Source of the DNA: Giardia intestinalis
Taxonomy: Eukaryota
DNA length: 64,000 bases
Direction: 5' to 3' (one strand)
Assembly (NCBI GenBank): GCA_000002435.2
Contig: CM018789.1
Part shown: positions 60,251 through 64,000 of the stretch, piece after piece
Position numbering within the stretch: position 1 is the stretch's first letter
Layout of the letters: every line of letters starts with the position of its first letter
The notes under the pieces: generated by a model
Seen by the model: the letters and a program-made list of their open reading frames with translations, nothing else
Databases searched by the model: none
What the model was told of the DNA's origin: nothing
Program-made: the position numbers and the translations under genes

Positions 60251-61153
60251 ATGGATCTTGCACGCTTTGCCCACACTTTACGAGCACAAGCTCCGGGAGG
60301 AGCAGAAACAGAGGTCTCCCTTACTCTGGGAGCCACAACGATCGAGGCCATTAAAGCACTATGCAAAGCAATGGGGCTGGAGGACCATACTCAAGACCTA
60401 TCTCTATTCCTCCGAGAAGAGACAGGCGCGCGCATTCTTCAGACCAGCGACCGTCCTCTGGAACTATACCTTCAACAAGTCAATATCCCAGACGGGCTTT
60501 CTCCCTTCTTACTTCGGAGGCTACCCCAGCACACGACAAACCCAAGTGTCACTGAAAACTCTCCCTATAGTTTTCTTGCCGTGGCCCAGGGTATCGAGGA
60601 CTACATGCGTCTGCCTATACCCCCGTCAGAAGATAATGTCGTTGAATTTGCATCTTTGCGTCTTTTACTAGACAAGGATCCACTGTCACCGGGAGTTGTG
60701 GCACAAAATATAGAACGCTACATCCATCCGTGCATACGAAGCAAGCGCACAGCCAAAGATTGGGATGTTCTGGTTCTCTCTCGGGCCAAGGCCAGGGGAC
60801 ATCCCACAGTGCAGACTCACAGACTTTTCGTAGAATTCATCGATAGCGTCGATCTCACTAGGATGGAATTCTTTGAGGCTACATATCTCTCTCCCAACGA
60901 CCCTGTCTCTGTTTTTCTAGCGGTAGATTCTAAGGCTCTACATATATATGATCGTGAAACACACAACAAACTTGCGCTTCATCCTTTACACTCCATACAC
61001 TCATGGACAGTGGACGTAGAGCATGGCAAGCTCGAATTTCTGATTGCGTGGCGAGCCGACAAGCACATGCTCGCCTTTATGGCCAGGCAAGCGTATGCGA
61101 TAATCTCGCTGATTAAATATTACGTTGCGCGTGCACTGGAGCATATTCTATGA
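60251..61153 (+). CDS. hypothetical protein (~300 aa), copy 2 of 2 (identical to 47295-48197)
   Basis: Mirror copy within inverted-repeat arm 2. Confidence 0.5.
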   Translation: MDLARFAHTLRAQAPGGAETEVSLTLGATTIEAIKALCKAMGLEDHTQDLSLFLREETGARILQTSDRPLELYLQQVNIPDGLSPFLLRRLPQHTTNPSVTENSPYSFLAVAQGIEDYMRLPIPPSEDNVVEFASLRLLLDKDPLSPGVVAQNIERYIHPCIRSKRTAKDWDVLVLSRAKARGHPTVQTHRLFVEFIDSVDLTRMEFFEATYLSPNDPVSVFLAVDSKALHIYDRETHNKLALHPLHSIHSWTVDVEHGKLEFLIAWRADKHMLAFMARQAYAIISLIKYYVARALEHIL

Positions 61154-61215
61154 CTACTTGCAAAGCGTCAGTCAACTACATACCTGGTCCCCACTCATCC
61201 ATGCATCAAAGAATT

Positions 61216-62394
61216 TCACAGTTGCATTAGCTGCGCCCGAACCGTATATGTTCGCTGTCCACTAGGCGTCAAGTCGCCCAACGGAACCTCTTGTGTTGTT
61301 GCAACATTGCTCTTAGCTCCAAGATCAGAGGCATCAAGCGCAGAAGATATCATGTCTCTTGCACTGACAGTCCCTGCCATCCTTTTCCTTTTTCTGGACA
61401 CTCTTCGCTTCCTATCGGACTCCGCCTTTACTGTGTCTATAATCGCATATGAATCAATCCCATAGCCAACCACTGCATGCAAGTTACATATGCACGCTGT
61501 TGAAAACATAAGAGAGTCCACTATTTCCTTTAGACAGTCTGAGGGATTATTGTGAGAAGATTGAGGGCGCTCGCGACTGTAACCAACTGGTATAATCGAC
61601 TCATACTGAATACCCAATAGTTCAGCGATGTGTTGTGTCTGCTCAGCTGACTTTCCCTTTAGCTCTGAAGCATCCCTAGCCAACTCGTCGAGCATCGACA
61701 TGGGAACGGGATGGTTCTGTGCATCAAACCTTTCCAATCGTTCATCTTGCCTATTGATCTGTCTGTACAATGCAGCTTGCTGCGCTTCCAGGGCATCAAG
61801 TCTTACTGACTCCGGACCGCTGTACTTGATCATCTCAGCTTCTGCCGACTCCGACAAGGGGTGACGTCTGCCTTCTGCCTCTACTAAACGTAATAGAAGA
61901 TCAACCAAGTTGGAAGCGGTGTGACTCGTGAATTCAAGTAGTTCATCATTTATCGGCAGTCCAGGATCCAAAGTGTCAATTGCTCTACTGCCTATCTGTA
62001 TCTGTGTCGAAAGAAGTTCATGATCTGAGACTGCCTCTTGGCCCAGCAGAGCATGCTCCTCAGATTTTACGTACCTTGAAGCTTTGCCTGCGATGTCTCT
62101 GAACAGCTTCTTGTACTCGTCAAGCATCTTGCTCGCCTGATTCTCTTTCTGTCGAGCCTGCGCCTCATAGCGACACACAAGCTGTTCCATCTCCTTTGTG
62201 AGAGAGGTGTTGAGAGCAGTGGCCTCTTCGAGCTTTCTCCCTGCAGCCTCAGCTTGCATCTTGAAGAAGTCCCTCTGTTCTTGCGCCTTCTCAAAGCTAT
62301 GTTCATCGATCCACGCGAAAATGCCTTCTAGATCTCTGACGCAGCAGCCGTTTAGAAGTCGGAGAGCCCCCACCAACTCTGCAAATGCCCACAT
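61216..62394 (-). CDS. 5'-truncated duplicate of the 474-aa coiled-coil gene (392 aa) with a junction-derived ATG; possibly a pseudogene
   Basis: Identical to the C-terminal 390 residues of 45808-47232. At the repeat boundary, unique sequence supplies atgtgggca (M W A) in frame, verified on the minus strand at 62392-62394. Confidence 0.4.
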   Translation of the reverse strand: MWAFAELVGALRLLNGCCVRDLEGIFAWIDEHSFEKAQEQRDFFKMQAEAAGRKLEEATALNTSLTKEMEQLVCRYEAQARQKENQASKMLDEYKKLFRDIAGKASRYVKSEEHALLGQEAVSDHELLSTQIQIGSRAIDTLDPGLPINDELLEFTSHTASNLVDLLLRLVEAEGRRHPLSESAEAEMIKYSGPESVRLDALEAQQAALYRQINRQDERLERFDAQNHPVPMSMLDELARDASELKGKSAEQTQHIAELLGIQYESIIPVGYSRERPQSSHNNPSDCLKEIVDSLMFSTACICNLHAVVGYGIDSYAIIDTVKAESDRKRRVSRKRKRMAGTVSARDMISSALDASDLGAKSNVATTQEVPLGDLTPSGQRTYTVRAQLMQL

Positions 62395-62448
62395 TTACTC
62401 AGTTGCTTGGAAAACAGACTCTCAGTTTACACGACCACGGACCAAAAA

Positions 62449-62838
62449 ATGGCATCGCATGGCAGAGTCCACCGAGCGACGCAGGAGTTTCTCGACCTGT
62501 ACAGCAGTGCGAAGATACCCACAAAACAAGAGCTCGCCGCGAACCCCATCACGCCCGAAGAAGTGCTTCGGCACAGGGACGTCAATGACTGCTGGGTCAG
62601 CCACAAGGGAATAGTTTATAACCTCACGCCTTACCTTAGATATCACCCAGCCGGTATTGCGCCCATAGAGGATTACTATGGCTATGACATAACGGCAGTC
62701 ACAGCGGCCGTGCACGGATTTGTCCAGGTGGAGCAAATAATTGCCCCTTTGGCCGTAGGGGTTCTGAACGGAGACCCCTGTGTACCCCCTGAGAAGAAGC
62801 TGAAGGTGGAAACGGGTGTTCTACGGAGGCGGTACTAG
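62449..62838 (+). CDS. cytochrome b5 (heme-binding domain protein), ~129 aa
   Basis: HRDVNDCWVSHKGIVYNLTPYLRYHPAGIAPIEDYYGYDIT...HG fits the cytochrome b5 pattern H..DCW..I.GKVYDVT.FL.EHPGG......G.DAT. The track start is TTG; the ATG is at 62449. Confidence 0.75.
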   Translation: MASHGRVHRATQEFLDLYSSAKIPTKQELAANPITPEEVLRHRDVNDCWVSHKGIVYNLTPYLRYHPAGIAPIEDYYGYDITAVTAAVHGFVQVEQIIAPLAVGVLNGDPCVPPEKKLKVETGVLRRRY

Positions 62839-62839
62839 C

Positions 62840-64000
62840 TCATGCAAATGCCCCATTCGGATGGACAGGCCTTTGTCCCTCGTTATGAACCGAAGCATTG
62901 AGGTCTGACTCCTGAAGATCCCTCGTCTGTAGCATCGAGGTATGGATACCCGGTGGGCGGAGTGCCGTGCTTGTTGTAAGGTCGAGTGACCTGTCCAGCT
63001 TTTCGTGAAAGTAATTCATATCGATGTTGAGGGTCCCGACTTGCGCATTCAGCTCGCGCGACCGATCAAGAAGCTCTTGTACCGTCAGACGCTGATTGTC
63101 TGCCCCCACTTTTTCATTCGAAGATGCGCTCTGTGTTGGGATCTCTATTTCTTGCACGCTACTCGGAGTTAATTCAGACTTAAAGGCTATTTGGTCATCA
63201 ATGTTCTTGATTCCGGTCGCAAATGTCTCTGGCGTGGCCAGTCCTGGCCTCTGAGAACGTGCTGATGCGGTAAACTGCGGGCTTATGCTTTTTTCCAACA
63301 CGTCTGCATAGTTACGCCCTCTGTCTGATCGTGTTCTGCTCACAAGGTCTTTCTTGTGGGACTGCTGCTTCAGCTGCTCGATCTGTTGGCGGAGATCTTT
63401 AATGGTACCCTCGTAAACCTCGCGCTCAGACAAAGAATCAGCCCTTTCTGATGTGTCCCTTGCAGTATCTAACTGTCTCTTCAGAGCCTGTATCTCTGCG
63501 TTCTTCGTTAGGATGACTCGGTCTAGGGTCTTTGTCGCTGCATCTAATTCTTGTTGGAGAGAGGCGGTGGTTGCGTTGCCAAATTGCTCCCTCTGTGATA
63601 GAAGCTGCATCCGCCAGTGGTTCTCGCGCTCCTCGAGTTCCTGTCTGTGCTTGTGCGTCAGAAGAGCAATTTCGTCGCGGAGTTTCAATACTTCTGCTGA
63701 TTCAGCCAGATTCTTGTGGGAAAGCTTATGCTCTGCAATTCTGAGCTGGTCCTGAAGAGCAGTGATTTCCTGGTTTGCCTCGTGAAGCCGCTCCTTGATA
63801 GCAGTAGCATGCTCGTGTGTAGCCCTTTCCTCGAGCGCTTTAAGTTGCACTTCCTTGTGTGTCGCAGTCAGAATCCCTACCAAGCTCCTCTTTTCCTCGT
63901 CCATATGCGCCAATTGATCTGAAAGCATGGCAAGCTTAGTTGTCTGTGATTGGTCTGTTGAGCGCCGTTCTTCCAAAAGAGCCTCTAGCTCGCACAATTT
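62840..64000 (-). CDS. coiled-coil protein, 5'-partial (runs off the window end)
   Basis: 385+ aa of heptad-rich sequence (LKRQLDTARDTSERADSLSEREVYEGTIKDLRQQIEQLKQQ). The first codon in the window is TTG with no in-frame ATG, so the gene continues beyond 64000. Its stop sits 1 bp from the cytochrome b5 stop. Confidence 0.45.
   Translation of the reverse strand, partial: KLCELEALLEERRSTDQSQTTKLAMLSDQLAHMDEEKRSLVGILTATHKEVQLKALEERATHEHATAIKERLHEANQEITALQDQLRIAEHKLSHKNLAESAEVLKLRDEIALLTHKHRQELEERENHWRMQLLSQREQFGNATTASLQQELDAATKTLDRVILTKNAEIQALKRQLDTARDTSERADSLSEREVYEGTIKDLRQQIEQLKQQSHKKDLVSRTRSDRGRNYADVLEKSISPQFTASARSQRPGLATPETFATGIKNIDDQIAFKSELTPSSVQEIEIPTQSASSNEKVGADNQRLTVQELLDRSRELNAQVGTLNIDMNYFHEKLDRSLDLTTSTALRPPGIHTSMLQTRDLQESDLNASVHNEGQRPVHPNGAFA

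Larger units (their letters stand above)
55081..62384. repeat. inverted repeat, arm 2 (7304 bp)
   Basis: Reverse complement of 46064-53367. A 12-bp indel (aggcggggtatg present only at 53368-53379) marks the inner edge of perfect identity. The outer edge is at 62384/46064. Confidence 0.9.

Noticed and set aside
46064-62384. Inverted repeat as a simple foldback or hairpin assembly artefact
   Set aside because: Not fully rejected. A pure foldback artefact would normally be palindromic through its centre. Here a 1.7-kb non-palindromic, compositionally asymmetric spacer separates the arms, and the outer boundaries abut different unique genes (the coiled-coil gene vs cytochrome b5). The structure looks biological. 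Read-level validation is still needed.
1-64000. Prokaryotic interpretation (operons, RBS, CRISPR)
   Set aside because: The gene content (Sec24, Cks1, ankyrin/NEK proteins, VSP with CRGKA tail, AGTRAAY polyA signals) is eukaryotic and Giardia-specific. There are no direct-repeat/spacer arrays. The only large repeat is a single inverted duplication.

Overview
This window reads as gene-dense, essentially intron-free eukaryotic DNA, and the content points to Giardia intestinalis (lamblia). Two identical 682-aa cysteine-rich surface-protein genes carry a signal peptide, many CXXC motifs, two GGCY motifs, one C-terminal TM helix and the invariant CRGKA tail. Each is followed directly by the extended Giardia VSP polyadenylation motif ACTTAGGTAGTAAAC. 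Other Giardia-typical content is present: ankyrin-repeat 'protein 21.1'-like genes with degenerate NEK-like kinase heads, cytochrome b5, and very short intergenic spacers. There are no CRISPR arrays, no operon logic and no rRNA, and I found no tRNA-like structures by eye.

Gene content: a giant long-chain acyl-CoA synthetase; two tandem [small 2-TM protein + pseudokinase/ankyrin protein] modules; a bacterial-type TtcA-like PP-loop tRNA thiolase; CKS1; a Trf4/Cid1-type nucleotidyltransferase; an ABCA-like half ABC transporter; Sec24; cyclophilin; a 2183-aa WD40 protein; a candidate Tom40-like beta-barrel; a GNAT acetyltransferase; cytochrome b5; and several large hypothetical or coiled-coil proteins.

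The main structural feature is a perfect 7.3-kb inverted duplication. Arm 1 is 46064-53367 and arm 2 is 55081-62384. Base x mirrors base 108448-x, giving a geometric axis at 54224. The arms place two identical VSP genes tail-to-tail around a 1.7-kb spacer. The spacer is GC-rich, T-depleted on one strand, and only weakly palindromic.

A caution on the ORF track: many of its start codons are GTG or TTG. Where I could verify it, I moved the start to the first in-frame ATG. Listed coordinates include the stop codon.
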